From Minisyncoccota bacterium (lineage in GTDB: Bacteria > Patescibacteriota > Minisyncoccia > Moranbacterales > UBA1568): DNA of 64,000 bases. Positions 20,669 through 34,158 of the stretch are shown in pieces. The position numbers and the translations under genes were made by a program. Numbering within the stretch: the stretch's first letter is position 1; every line of letters starts with the position of its first letter. The stretch lies in the NCBI GenBank assembly GCA_051306005.1, contig JBPPMJ010000003.1, positions 33,764-97,763 of the forward strand. The letters run 5' to 3'. Below the pieces are notes generated by a model. It was not told the DNA's origin. It ran no database searches and was given only the letters and a program-made list of their open reading frames with translations.

Positions 20669-22363
20669 ATGACTCAGACGAGTGCATCTTTTTTGAAAAA
20701 AATCAGAGAAAATTGGCGTTCTGGTTTGACAGTAGCTTTTATTTCTGTGCCTTTGTCTATCGCTTTGTCTATCGCTTCTGGCGCCGGTCCGCTTCCTGGT
20801 ATCATCACTGGTATTTGGGCTACGTTGATTGCGAGTGTGTTTGGAGGGAGTCATTATAATGTTATCGGAGCAGCTGGGGCCCTGACAACCATTTTATTTA
20901 CGGCAACACTAGATGCTCCTTTTCAGTTGGGCGCCTTGATTCTCCCTCTTATCGCCATAGTGACCGGAGTGATTATTTTAATCATTTGGCTTGTCGGAGC
21001 AGACCGATTTTTGTACTACATCCCTTCTAGTGTGATGTATGGTTTTGCGACCGGTGTCGCCATTCTTATCGCGTCTTCCCAATTGTTTGATGCAACCGGA
21101 TTGTCTGCTCTCAAGCGCACAGGAACGTTTCTGGGAGATATTCAATTATTTTTACAACACACCGCTGAAGTTGATATGTTGACAGTACTCACATTTACTG
21201 TTTTCTTGGTCGCCATTCTTTTATGGAAACATTTTATCAAGATTGTGCCTGCAGTGATCCCTATTGCGATAGTGGGTATCATATTCGGTTTTTTGGAAAC
21301 CACTTTTCTACCATCTTTAGATTTCATATCTTTGCGTGATAAATTTGGCGATATTGAAGGCGTACTGTTTCTACCCGTTGCTTGGGGAACATTTGCCCAA
21401 TTATTGGTCTCATATGATGCCTGGCAATTTATTATCAAGGTATCGGGTGTCGTAGCGATGATTGCTGTTCTGGAAACACTCATCACGGCGAAGATAGGTG
21501 ACAAAATCACCAAGACACAGTCATCAAGTCAGCGTGAGCTTTTGGGTCTAGCCTTAGCTAATTTAGGGAGTGGTATCATGGGCGGACTCCCCGCGACAGG
21601 AGTATTTATTCGGACTGGTGCCAATATCAAAGCAGGAGCGACACATCGCTTTTCAGCAACTCTTGCTGCCATCATTACTGCTATCATCGCATTTGCAGTA
21701 TTGCCGTTTTTCGCTTTCTTGCCACTAGTGGTCGTGGCGGCGATTTTGGTGAACACTGCCTTAGGTTTGATTGAGATGGAAAAAATCCGTGAATTTTGGC
21801 ATCGAGAAAAACCAAGTTTTTTTGTTGCGATGCTTGTTGTCGTTATTACCGTATTCGAGGATGCGGGATTAGGTGTTTTGGTAGGCGCTTTAGTATCACT
21901 TTTTCTGTTCGTGGATCGAGTGAGTCATGGACGTTTTGACATTATTTTGAATTTTGAAGACGGCACCAAAAAAGAAAGTCGGGCTGCTAGGATTTTGCGT
22001 CTTCCACACGACCAGGTCATGCCTATCGTAACATACAGTATTGCAGGTTTTTTGGGTTATATCGATAGCGAACACCATTCAGCCAATCTGCGTCATTTGG
22101 CACGTGCCAATAACGTGCAGAGCGTCATCATTCGTTTGCGTGATTTATTCAATTTGGATTTTGAGGGAAGTGAGATGCTGGCTGAGGCCGTAGAAGAGTT
22201 TCATCGCCACAAAAAACAAGTGTATGTTTCTTCGGCTAATGCGATAGTGACAGAACAATTGCGTCAAATTCCATCTTTTGCTGATTTGGTAAAAGAGGAT
22301 CATTTTTGTTCAAAAACAAGTGACGCTTTGCATCGTTTACATTATGTCAAAAAAGAAGTGTAA
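20669..22363 (+). CDS. SulP/SLC26 anion transporter with STAS domain
   Basis: SGLTVAFISVPLSIALSIASG, FGGS, ELLGLALAN..GGLPATG, C-terminal STAS-like region. Confidence 0.92.
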   Translation: MTQTSASFLKKIRENWRSGLTVAFISVPLSIALSIASGAGPLPGIITGIWATLIASVFGGSHYNVIGAAGALTTILFTATLDAPFQLGALILPLIAIVTGVIILIIWLVGADRFLYYIPSSVMYGFATGVAILIASSQLFDATGLSALKRTGTFLGDIQLFLQHTAEVDMLTVLTFTVFLVAILLWKHFIKIVPAVIPIAIVGIIFGFLETTFLPSLDFISLRDKFGDIEGVLFLPVAWGTFAQLLVSYDAWQFIIKVSGVVAMIAVLETLITAKIGDKITKTQSSSQRELLGLALANLGSGIMGGLPATGVFIRTGANIKAGATHRFSATLAAIITAIIAFAVLPFFAFLPLVVVAAILVNTALGLIEMEKIREFWHREKPSFFVAMLVVVITVFEDAGLGVLVGALVSLFLFVDRVSHGRFDIILNFEDGTKKESRAARILRLPHDQVMPIVTYSIAGFLGYIDSEHHSANLRHLARANNVQSVIIRLRDLFNLDFEGSEMLAEAVEEFHRHKKQVYVSSANAIVTEQLRQIPSFADLVKEDHFCSKTSDALHRLHYVKKEV

Positions 22364-22534
22364 ATGAACAGAAAGTGATACGGAAAAAATGAGTCCCGCA
22401 AAAGTAGTGGAAGCCAATTTTTTGATGTTGGTGAGAACGGACTTTATGAAGTATATTTTTCTGCTCTGATAAAGGAAAAAATATGATTTTTTGTCAATAG
22501 AAAAGATGCCTGTCTCGCAGTGATTGTTGAGGGG

Positions 22535-22563
22535 TTGACAAGTTTCCTGTGATTCTCTATTAT
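22535..22563 (+). promoter_or_regulatory. Putative promoter of the 23S-5S unit
   Basis: TTGACA-17-TATTAT; downstream hairpin and boxA-like TTAACAATTTAT at 22777-22788. Confidence 0.65.
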
Positions 22564-22991
22564 AGATAGTACGAGCTAAAAGTGTTTCGATGTAGTCTTG
22601 ACAGAGAAAAAAGAACCATCCTGATATTCTCAAGCGAGAAAACAATCGAATAAATTATAAGCCGTTTCTGACTCGTTATTGTTGCATGAATATTCTCGTT
22701 ACAGTGTAATAGTTAGCGTATTGTGAAGAGATAGTAGTCTCTCCCAGGGGGAGATTTTTGTTTCCGCAGAAGCGCCTTAACAATTTATGTCTTTTTCGAA
22801 ATGACCAATGATTGTCTGGAGCGGAAAACAATCCGATTGTTTCGAAATAGTCTAAAATGTATGTAATGGTCAAGCAAATTCAATAGTGAATAGGCTTTTT
22901 GAGCACTGTTCACTGTTAACCGATTGTCCGTGAGTATCTTCATTTTTTTATCGCAAGATAGGAAAATGGAATATTTGCGGACAAGAGAACA

Positions 22992-25985
<2,994 letters not shown>

Positions 25986-26068
25986 TTTCTCGTGCGGTTA
26001 ACAGTGAAGAGTGTTTGAAACAGCATACAAGATGAGGGGACAAAAAAAGACATCATTTCAAGACAGCA

Positions 26069-26180
26069 TTCTCGGTGCTTCTAGCGTCAGGGAAACACCT
26101 GTTCCCATACCGAACACAGCAGTTAAGCCTGACAGCTCCGATGGTAGCCTTTGGTGGCAAGAGTAGGACAGTGCCGAGAA
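26069..26180 (+). rRNA. rrf: 5S rRNA
   Basis: TTCTCGG/CCGAGAA terminal stem, CCCATACCGAACAC, GATGGTA, GAGTAGG. Confidence 0.95.
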
Positions 26181-26339
26181 TATTGTTTTGAAACGAAAAA
26201 GAAGAAAAAAGAAACCCTTGTTTTTTGGGTGTTCAAACAGGAAGAACGGAGAAAAAATAGGTTACTAACATTGAGTGAGTGATCGTCTTATTGTCGCATT
26301 GTATGCTATACTGATAAAGAGCATTGAATATTCTTGTCT

Positions 26340-27188
26340 ATGGTAGTATCTAGAACGATGAAGCGATCCGTCATCATATTGACCTACGGAATATTTTTTT
26401 CTTTGCTGATAGGGAGTGTATATTTTTTCTTTTTCAAGCCGACAGAAACCTGTTTTGATGCTATTAAAAATCAAAATGAACAGGGAATAGATTGTGGTGG
26501 TGTGTGTCAGGCGATATGTCGAGAAACATTGATAGGCACTGAAATGCAAGTGACGGAATTGGCTTTCGTGCCTGCTGGTGAAGGACAATATGATGTTTTG
26601 AGCCAGGTGTATAATCCGAATGATGAATTGGGTGCTTCGTCTTTCATGTATACGTTGGCACTCAAAGATGCTTCAGGTGCTGTTGTGGGGACTCGTTCTG
26701 GAACGAGTTATATCTTGCCACAGGAAAAAAAATATATCTTGGAAATCAATATGTCGACGTCTGGCACACCAGTATCCGCATCCCTACAGGTCACGGAAGT
26801 AGAGTGGACCCGTTTTTCTGGGTATCAGGAAAAGCCGGTATTGAATATCTACCAGAAACGTTATGGCCCCATTGCTTCTGGTTCAGGTTTTGGTGAAGCA
26901 TATGGATTGTTGTCCAACGAGAGTGTGTATGATTTCCGTTCTATTCGGGTTAAAGTGATTTTGCGTGAGAGTACTGGGAAGCCATTGGCTTTCAATACGA
27001 CTGAGATGCGTACTGTCAATGCTCACGAACAACGTGATTTTCGTTTGGTATGGCCAACGGCATTTCCTGGTACGGTAGAAAAGGTGGAGATGGAAGTGGA
27101 CGCTGATGTGTATCATTCTGATAATTTTGTGCGCCAATATCTACCGACAGGGAAGTATCAGGAATTATCTCCCCTAAAAGCATACTGA
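26340..27188 (+). CDS. Membrane-anchored hypothetical protein with Cys motif (TCFD..KNQNE..IDCGGVC) and Ig-like beta domains
   Basis: N-terminal TM helix, Cys motif, two beta-rich repeats; upstream of rodA. Confidence 0.75.
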   Translation: MVVSRTMKRSVIILTYGIFFSLLIGSVYFFFFKPTETCFDAIKNQNEQGIDCGGVCQAICRETLIGTEMQVTELAFVPAGEGQYDVLSQVYNPNDELGASSFMYTLALKDASGAVVGTRSGTSYILPQEKKYILEINMSTSGTPVSASLQVTEVEWTRFSGYQEKPVLNIYQKRYGPIASGSGFGEAYGLLSNESVYDFRSIRVKVILRESTGKPLAFNTTEMRTVNAHEQRDFRLVWPTAFPGTVEKVEMEVDADVYHSDNFVRQYLPTGKYQELSPLKAY

Positions 27189-27249
27189 GCGGGGGATATA
27201 TTTAGACTTGCGCGGAGTTCATAGTATCTATTGAGAGTGTTTGTAGAAT

Positions 27250-28377
27250 ATGTCACGTACATTGTTCAAAGTGGATTGGGTGTTATTGGCAATTGTCATC
27301 TTACTTCTTGGTGTAGGCCTTTTAGCACTATATAGTTTGTCATCCAGCGGTGGGATTAATTATTTTCTGCGCCAAGCATTTTTTGCGTTACTCGGGCTAT
27401 CGGCCATGGGCTTTCTTTTTTTTACCGATTATCGACATATTGAAAAATATAGCACGTCCCTGTATTTCATAACATTGTTTGTGTTGGCTGGCGTTTTGGT
27501 TTTTGGCACGAGTATTCGTGGAACCGCTGGCTGGATTACCTTGGGAGGAGTGCAGATTCAGCCGGTTGAATTTGCCAAAATTACACTGATTATTTTCTTG
27601 GCGAGTTTTATATCCAAGAAAAAATCTGAATTGGGAGAATGGACACGCGTCATCGTATCACTTATCTTGTCTGCTGTTCTTATTATTCTTGTGTTGAAAC
27701 AACCTGATCTGGGATCAAGCTTGGTACTTATGGCCATTTGGGGCGGTATGATTCTCGCATCAGGCTTGCGTCTAAAACATTTGCTTGTCTTGGCGGTATT
27801 AGGTTTAGTGTTGGTGGTGGGAAGTTGGTTTACGTTGGCAGAGTATCAAAAAGATCGTATTACCACCTTTATCTATCCAGAACGTGATCCTCAAGGGAGT
27901 GGATACAATGTATTGCAGGCGATTATTGCAGTGGGTTCAGGAGGTCTGTCTGGTAAGGGAATTGGTCATGGATCACAATCTCAGTTGAGTTTTTTACCGG
28001 AAAAACACACAGATTTTATCTTTGCCGTTATTGGTGAAGAGTTGGGTCTGATCGGCGCTTTTTTGGTTCTGACGTTATATTTGACACTTTTTTATCGTAT
28101 CAAACGTATTGGAGAATTGGCGAGTGATAATTTTGGTTATTTGTTGGCGGTCGGAACATTGATTATGTTGCTTGTGCAAGTCACCATCAATATTGGCATG
28201 AACATTGGGCTTTTACCAGTAACTGGAATTCCAGCACCATTACTGTCATATGGCGGGAGCTCTCTTCTCGCTACCTGTATCGCCTGTGGGCTCCTTTTAA
28301 GCGTCTCTCAAAGACAGCGACGTCCAGATGAGATCCAACTTTCTCTGGAAAAAAGTTTTCTTGAAGAAGGGCGTTGA
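27250..28377 (+). CDS. rodA: SEDS peptidoglycan glycosyltransferase RodA
   Basis: QPVEFAK, QPDLG, YQKDRI, GSGYN..GSGG..GKG, LPEKHTDFIF, SYGGSS. Confidence 0.93.
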   Translation: MSRTLFKVDWVLLAIVILLLGVGLLALYSLSSSGGINYFLRQAFFALLGLSAMGFLFFTDYRHIEKYSTSLYFITLFVLAGVLVFGTSIRGTAGWITLGGVQIQPVEFAKITLIIFLASFISKKKSELGEWTRVIVSLILSAVLIILVLKQPDLGSSLVLMAIWGGMILASGLRLKHLLVLAVLGLVLVVGSWFTLAEYQKDRITTFIYPERDPQGSGYNVLQAIIAVGSGGLSGKGIGHGSQSQLSFLPEKHTDFIFAVIGEELGLIGAFLVLTLYLTLFYRIKRIGELASDNFGYLLAVGTLIMLLVQVTINIGMNIGLLPVTGIPAPLLSYGGSSLLATCIACGLLLSVSQRQRRPDEIQLSLEKSFLEEGR

Positions 28378-28564
28378 ATAGCAGAGATATTTGAAAAAAA
28401 ATTATATTTATGGTATAATATCATTTCTTACTTGACCAAAAGGCATTTTTTTGTTAGTCTGATAGAGTTGTAGCAGGTAGATTATGAGAATATTTTTTTG
28501 ATTGCTTCCGCATGATACTCTTGTTTTTGAAGAATATCATCCGTACGAAATCCTTGACACAGAT

Positions 28565-28789
28565 ATGCGTTTTTTGTTTATTGCCCAGGCGATTGTCGGT
28601 ATATTGTTGATTCTTTCTATTCTTTTACAGAATCGTGGAACCGGATTGGGTGGAACCTTCGGGGGAGATATGGGCGGATACTACACCAAGCGCGGTATGG
28701 AAAAATTTTTTGTGAGTTCAGCTATTATACTTGCTCTCACCTTTTTCATCCTTGCGATACTCAATGTCCGTTTTTTTATTCCTCAATAA
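28565..28789 (+). CDS. secG: Preprotein translocase subunit SecG
   Basis: Two TM helices, ILLQ.RGTGLGGTFGG..TKRG.EK. Confidence 0.93.
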   Translation: MRFLFIAQAIVGILLILSILLQNRGTGLGGTFGGDMGGYYTKRGMEKFFVSSAIILALTFFILAILNVRFFIPQ

Positions 28790-28869
28790 TGAAAAGTTTG
28801 TTAGTTGGAAAAACAGGGCATGAAGGCACTTATAATTCGTAAAGTACGCGTATTCGTATCTTAGAACCT

Positions 28870-30555
28870 ATGCATACTCCGAAACCGCGCCTGAGACGAC
28901 TTTTTCAGGCCTTGAGGACACGAGACAAAATATTAGTATTGTTTTTTCTCGTGCTCGGTATCGGATCGCTGGTGTTTTGGATGGGTGCGTTGTATGTCAC
29001 TTCGACCGTTTCAGTGCCAAAAGCAGGAGGTGAATATATTGAAGGAATTGTGGCGCAACCTCGATACATCAACCCAATTCTCTCACAAACGAGTGGTGCG
29101 GACGCTGATTTGTCTCGTCTTATATATAGTAGTTTGTTTGCATACGATACACATGGTGCGCTCTTGCCGAGTATCGCTCAGGAGTATACGACGACTGATG
29201 AAGGAAAATTATATACCGTGACTCTGCGTCAAGGTATTAAATGGCACGATGGACAAGAATTGACTGCTGATGATGTCGTATATACCATCAAAGCGATTCA
29301 GGATCCGGTGTACCGCAGTCCGCTACGAACTAGCTGGCTTTCTGTGGATGTGGCCTCTTTGGATCGCTACACGGTGACGTTTTCTCTCAAAAAATCTTAT
29401 GTCAGATTTTTGGACAATTTAACCGTTGGAATTCTTCCAAAACATATTTGGGAGAATATCAGTCCGGAAAATTTTCTTTTAGCGGATTACAATTTGACTC
29501 CCATCGGCAGTGGACCTTATTATTTTTTTGATTCTGAGAAGGATTCCAATGGTAATATGTTGTCGTACAAATTGCGTTCCTTTGAACAGTATTTCGAGGG
29601 AGCGCCTTACATCACCCGTGTAACGTTTCATTTTTATCCCGATGAACCGGCACTGATAGATGCCTACGAACGCAAAGAGATTATGGGTATGGGTTCAGTC
29701 AGTGCGGGAAGTTTGCAGAATCTTGAATTTCGTAAAAGTACGCATATATATGAAATCGCCATCCCGCGTCTTTTCGGAGTTTTTTTTAACGTGACCAAGA
29801 GTGTGGCCTTGGCTGATGATACTGTACGTGAGGCCTTGAATGATGCCACGGACCGAGAGCGCATTGTTCATGAAATATTGTTTGACAGAGGTCAGCCGGC
29901 GTACAGTTCTTCTCTGCCTTTCATGCAGGGATATGATGCCAATGATCCGAAACGTTCTTTTAATCTTGATCGTGCCAATACGCTTTTGGATGACAAAGAC
30001 TGGAAACGTGGTGATGATGGTGTGCGTTTTAAAAATGGCACGGCATTGGAAGTAGAGATTATGGTGCCAGATTGGCCTGAACTGCTCAAAACAGCAGAAG
30101 CTCTGAAGATACAATGGGAACAGATCGGAGCACGTGTGACAGTACAATCTCTATCGGCTTCTGAGTTGCAACGTGACGTGATTCGTCCGCGCGAATACTC
30201 AGCATTGCTTTTTGGAGAAGCGGCGATGTTGTATCCGGATCCCTATTCTTTTTGGCATTCCAGTCAGAAAAATGATCCAGGATTAAATCTTGCGCTTTTT
30301 GACAACAAAGAGGCGGATGATATACTGATGACATTGCGTGAAGAATTGAATGCTGAACAATGGCAAAAACAATACCAGAAATTTCAGGATATTTTATATA
30401 AAGAAAATCCAGCCGTGTTTTTGTATAGCCCTTCGTATCTCTATGTGATGAATAATAGTGTTAAAGGTGTAGATGTTCAGAGCATCAATGCACCGAGTTT
30501 TCGTCTGAGTCATATCAAAGATTGGTATATCAACACAAAAAGAGTAAAAAAATAA
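28870..30555 (+). CDS. ABC transporter peptide/nickel substrate-binding protein (family 5)
   Basis: GGEYIEG..PRYINP, LRQGIKWHDGQELTADDV, PIGSGPY. Confidence 0.92.
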   Translation: MHTPKPRLRRLFQALRTRDKILVLFFLVLGIGSLVFWMGALYVTSTVSVPKAGGEYIEGIVAQPRYINPILSQTSGADADLSRLIYSSLFAYDTHGALLPSIAQEYTTTDEGKLYTVTLRQGIKWHDGQELTADDVVYTIKAIQDPVYRSPLRTSWLSVDVASLDRYTVTFSLKKSYVRFLDNLTVGILPKHIWENISPENFLLADYNLTPIGSGPYYFFDSEKDSNGNMLSYKLRSFEQYFEGAPYITRVTFHFYPDEPALIDAYERKEIMGMGSVSAGSLQNLEFRKSTHIYEIAIPRLFGVFFNVTKSVALADDTVREALNDATDRERIVHEILFDRGQPAYSSSLPFMQGYDANDPKRSFNLDRANTLLDDKDWKRGDDGVRFKNGTALEVEIMVPDWPELLKTAEALKIQWEQIGARVTVQSLSASELQRDVIRPREYSALLFGEAAMLYPDPYSFWHSSQKNDPGLNLALFDNKEADDILMTLREELNAEQWQKQYQKFQDILYKENPAVFLYSPSYLYVMNNSVKGVDVQSINAPSFRLSHIKDWYINTKRVKK

Positions 30556-30579
30556 CACCATAAGCAATTTTTCATAGTT

Positions 30580-31605
30580 ATGTCCCACCCTCTTGATCCT
30601 TCTGATTTTCACCAGATGCTTGTTGACAGCCCAGATCAACTCGGTGTTGGCCTCGCGCTTGCCAAAGATATTCGTGTTTCCGGCACTTTTACGTCCGTTA
30701 TGATTTCTGGTATGGGAGGATCGGCATTGCCGGGAAACATTTTGCGGATATATCTGAATGATCTCTTTCGTACCGAAGCGCCAACACAGCAACCACTCGC
30801 TATTTATCAGAATCGTTTTTATACTTTACCACCAGAAGGATATCATGAGTGTTTGAATTTTATCTGCTCATATTCTGGCAATACCGAAGAAACCGTTGCC
30901 AGTTTTACGGAAGCCCTGGCACATGGTTTGCCCTGCATTGGTATTTCGAGCGGAGGAAAAATTGAAGAAATGTGCCAAACCAACAATGTACCACATATCA
31001 AATTGCCACTCCCGTATCCTGATTTTCAGCCTCGAGTAGGCACGGGCTATTTTTTTGGGGCATTGTTTCAAGTGTTGGTTAATCAGGGATTGGTACCAAA
31101 TACAACAGCGCAACTTTTGGTAGAAGCGGAACAGTTAAAAAGTCAATTATCTATTATCGAAGAGCAAGGGAAAGCACTTTCACAGAAATTGGTTGGCAAG
31201 ACACCAGTCATCTATGCCACACCAAAATATAAGTCCGTCGCCATGGTATGGAAAATCAAACTCAATGAGAACGCTAAAACGCCAGCTTTTTGGAATTTTT
31301 TTCCGGAACTGAATCACAATGAAATGGTTGGTTTTACCCTGCCTCAAGCCAAATTTATCGTTCTGATGTTGCGAGATCGTGATGATGATCCGCGTAATCT
31401 GCGTCGTTTCGCTATGACGGCTGAACTGTTGCGCACACAAGGAGTAGAAGTAGAGATACTTGACATGGATGGAGAAAGCGTATATACTAAAGTATTCATG
31501 AGTATTTTGCTCAGCGATTTTACTTCGTATCATCTAGCGTTGGAATACGGTCAAGACCCGACCCCAGTCGCCTTAGTGGAAGCATTGAAGAAATTACTTG
31601 CTTGA
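30580..31605 (+). CDS. Bifunctional phosphoglucose/phosphomannose isomerase (archaeal-type SIS family)
   Basis: GMGGSA, SYSGNTEET, QPR, NENAK, PELNHNE, DPTPV..LK. Confidence 0.92.
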   Translation: MSHPLDPSDFHQMLVDSPDQLGVGLALAKDIRVSGTFTSVMISGMGGSALPGNILRIYLNDLFRTEAPTQQPLAIYQNRFYTLPPEGYHECLNFICSYSGNTEETVASFTEALAHGLPCIGISSGGKIEEMCQTNNVPHIKLPLPYPDFQPRVGTGYFFGALFQVLVNQGLVPNTTAQLLVEAEQLKSQLSIIEEQGKALSQKLVGKTPVIYATPKYKSVAMVWKIKLNENAKTPAFWNFFPELNHNEMVGFTLPQAKFIVLMLRDRDDDPRNLRRFAMTAELLRTQGVEVEILDMDGESVYTKVFMSILLSDFTSYHLALEYGQDPTPVALVEALKKLLA

Positions 31606-31658
31606 TTACTATACGGTATATGGACATGGAGTACGTCTTTTGAGTACGATATCATGGA

Positions 31659-31742
31659 GCCGAGATGGCGGAATTGGTAGACGCACTAGCTTCAGGTGCT
31701 AGCGTTCGCAAGAACATGAGGGTTCGAGTCCCTCTTTCGGCA
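31659..31742 (+). tRNA. tRNA-Leu(CAG), CCA not encoded (followed by CAA)
   Basis: GCCGAGA..TTGGTAGAC..CTAGC-TTCAGGT-GCTAG, variable arm, GTTCGAGT, TTTCGGCA. Confidence 0.96.
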
Positions 31743-31927
31743 CAACGTAAAATAATGTTCACTCATCATCTTGATTGGTGGAGATTCATCTTTCGTCGGG
31801 AAAGTAAACGGAGAATATGAACTTCTCGCGGTACTCTCCAATAAATAATTTGTGTACGGAACGGTTTGTTCGGATGATTTTTGATAAATCAACCAAACGA
31901 CGCATCCGTCCAGTAAGCAGAAAAAAT

Positions 31928-33964
31928 ATGCAAACGAATCATTCGTTTCAACCGAAGCAGGGACGACCAACCCATGCTTCAGTTTCAGGAGACCGGAGCG
32001 TCTCCACACCAAAAGGTCAAACACATACAGTTGGCGCATTTGAAGGCATCGTGGCTCGTGAACAAGCTCCCAGAGTTTTTCATGCCCGCCCGCAGTCTCG
32101 CGTCAATCCCCAAAGTGCTACCGAATCAGTAGCTCAACCCCTGCGTAATGAGGCGATGAAAAGCACCCCTCAACGTCCAGCAAAAAAATCGGGTGGGAAA
32201 AAAAGTGGACGCCGAGACAATCGACGCTTTCCACAAACGACAACCCATCGTTTGGAATCAAAGCACAATGGTATCAGTGTCCCGCAAATCGGGGAGAAAC
32301 GTTTGCGCATCATTCCTCTTGGCGGACAGGAAGAAGTCGGCCGTAATATGACTGTCTTTGAATACGGGAATGATATCGTGATCATTGATATCGGATTACA
32401 ATTTCCCGAAGAAGATATGCCGGGTATTGATTATATTGTACCCAACGTCGATTATCTCAAGGGTAAGGAGAAAAATATTCGTGGGGTGATTTTTACTCAT
32501 GGACATTTGGATCACATCGGTGCGGCGCCTATTCTTTTGAAACAGCTTGGTTATCCACCAGTCATTGCCCGAGACCTCACATTGGCACTTATCAAACATA
32601 AAGTGGAAGATCAGGATAAAGGAGCAGTCAGTCAGTTGAAAATGGTGCGTGTCAAAACGTTGGATGACCGCATTCGTCTGGGTGTTTTTGAGTCACGTTT
32701 TTTCGAAGTAGAACACTCTATCATGGACGCTATCGGGATTATTCTTATCAGTCCTGTCGCGACCGTCATCCATATGGGGGATTGGACGATTTCCAACGAA
32801 CCACTGGAGGAGAAAGAAATTTCCTATAAACATCTTGCTGATCTGCCACGCCCAACTATCCTGATGTTGGAGAGTTTAGGAGCTCTCAAAAAAGGCAAAC
32901 CGCCGTCCGAACAAGAAGTACATCAAAATCTCAAGGATCTCATTCGGATGGTGCCGGGACGTTTGATTATCGGAACCTTTGCGTCACAGATTCGTCGCAT
33001 CAGTTATCTTATTGAATATGCTGAACAGCTGGGCAAGAAAGTGGCGCTTGAAGGTTACAGTATGAAGATGAATATTGAGGTTGCCAAACAGCTTGGATAT
33101 ATCAAGGTCAAAAATGACACATTGATTACCGTCAATGATATTCATAAATATCCTGACAATAAAGTCGTCGTCATTTGTACGGGCGCGCAAGGTGAGCTCA
33201 ATGCCGCACTTTCCCGTATCGTGACGGACAACCATCGTTTCATCAAATTGCAAAAAAATGACACCATCGTTTTTTCTTCTTCAGTTATCCCAGGCAATGA
33301 GCGGACCATTCAACGTCTCAAGGACAATCTGTATCGTAAGTGCGACAATATCATTCACAGTGATATTATGGAAATTCATATCGGCGGACATTCGACGGCA
33401 CAAGGAATGGAAGAAATGATTCGTCAGGTCCAACCAAATTACTTCTTGCCCGTGTATGCCAATCACTATTTCCTCAAAGAGGCTGCCAAAATCGCCTACC
33501 GTATGGGATTTCCCCAACAAAACGTTTTTGTTTTGGATAATGGTAGTGTGTGGGAAATCGATGAACAGGGTACCCCCCGAGTGCTCAAAGAAAAAGCTGA
33601 TACCAGCTATATTTTTATCGACGGACTCGGTATCGGAGACATTGGACACGTCGTGCTTCGCGATAGACAGATGCTCGCACAAGACGGTATGGTCGTAGTA
33701 ACTGTCATTGTTGACGCCAAGACCAAGAGTATCATTGGTAATGTCCAGATTACTTCGCGCGGTTTTATTCATGTCAAAGAAAACTTTGATTTGTTGAATG
33801 AAATGAAACGCAAGGCGGAAAAAGTAGTTAAAGACAATACGTCCAAAAGCACATCCATTGATTGGGATCTGATCCGCAATCAGATGCGTGACAATATTGG
33901 ACAATTCCTTTTTACCAAAACGGAACGTCGTCCGATGATACTTCCAGTGGTTATAGAAGTGTAA
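31928..33964 (+). CDS. rnj: Ribonuclease J with long basic, low-complexity N-terminal extension
   Basis: IIPLGGQEEVGRN, THGHLDHIG, HS, MGDW, TGAQGE, TERRPMILPV. Confidence 0.96.
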   Translation: MQTNHSFQPKQGRPTHASVSGDRSVSTPKGQTHTVGAFEGIVAREQAPRVFHARPQSRVNPQSATESVAQPLRNEAMKSTPQRPAKKSGGKKSGRRDNRRFPQTTTHRLESKHNGISVPQIGEKRLRIIPLGGQEEVGRNMTVFEYGNDIVIIDIGLQFPEEDMPGIDYIVPNVDYLKGKEKNIRGVIFTHGHLDHIGAAPILLKQLGYPPVIARDLTLALIKHKVEDQDKGAVSQLKMVRVKTLDDRIRLGVFESRFFEVEHSIMDAIGIILISPVATVIHMGDWTISNEPLEEKEISYKHLADLPRPTILMLESLGALKKGKPPSEQEVHQNLKDLIRMVPGRLIIGTFASQIRRISYLIEYAEQLGKKVALEGYSMKMNIEVAKQLGYIKVKNDTLITVNDIHKYPDNKVVVICTGAQGELNAALSRIVTDNHRFIKLQKNDTIVFSSSVIPGNERTIQRLKDNLYRKCDNIIHSDIMEIHIGGHSTAQGMEEMIRQVQPNYFLPVYANHYFLKEAAKIAYRMGFPQQNVFVLDNGSVWEIDEQGTPRVLKEKADTSYIFIDGLGIGDIGHVVLRDRQMLAQDGMVVVTVIVDAKTKSIIGNVQITSRGFIHVKENFDLLNEMKRKAEKVVKDNTSKSTSIDWDLIRNQMRDNIGQFLFTKTERRPMILPVVIEV

Positions 33965-33976
33965 TTTGTGTACTTT

Positions 33977-34009
33977 AAAAAAACTCTCCTTGGATGGGGG
34001 AGTTTTTTT
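33977..34009 (+). terminator. Intrinsic terminator after rnj
   Basis: A-tract, CTCTCC/GGGGAG stem, T7 tail. Confidence 0.8.
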
Positions 34010-34158
34010 GTTCTCGTTATTGTTCAACAGCCAAAAGTATTTTTTGGCTACCGTACTGAGATGTCAGGTATCGTACCTGAGAAAGAACTCAACCTTACAG
34101 ACAGGAAATTTAATTTTTATGGTACAATATCCGTATTAACTGCTAGCGTGTTTTATTT

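Noticed and set aside
34010-34158. T-box leader for trpS (hairpins at 34029-34049 and 34064-34080)
   Set aside because: No T-box consensus, and the hairpins lie upstream of the likely -10 (TACAAT near 34123); the leuS leader also lacks one.
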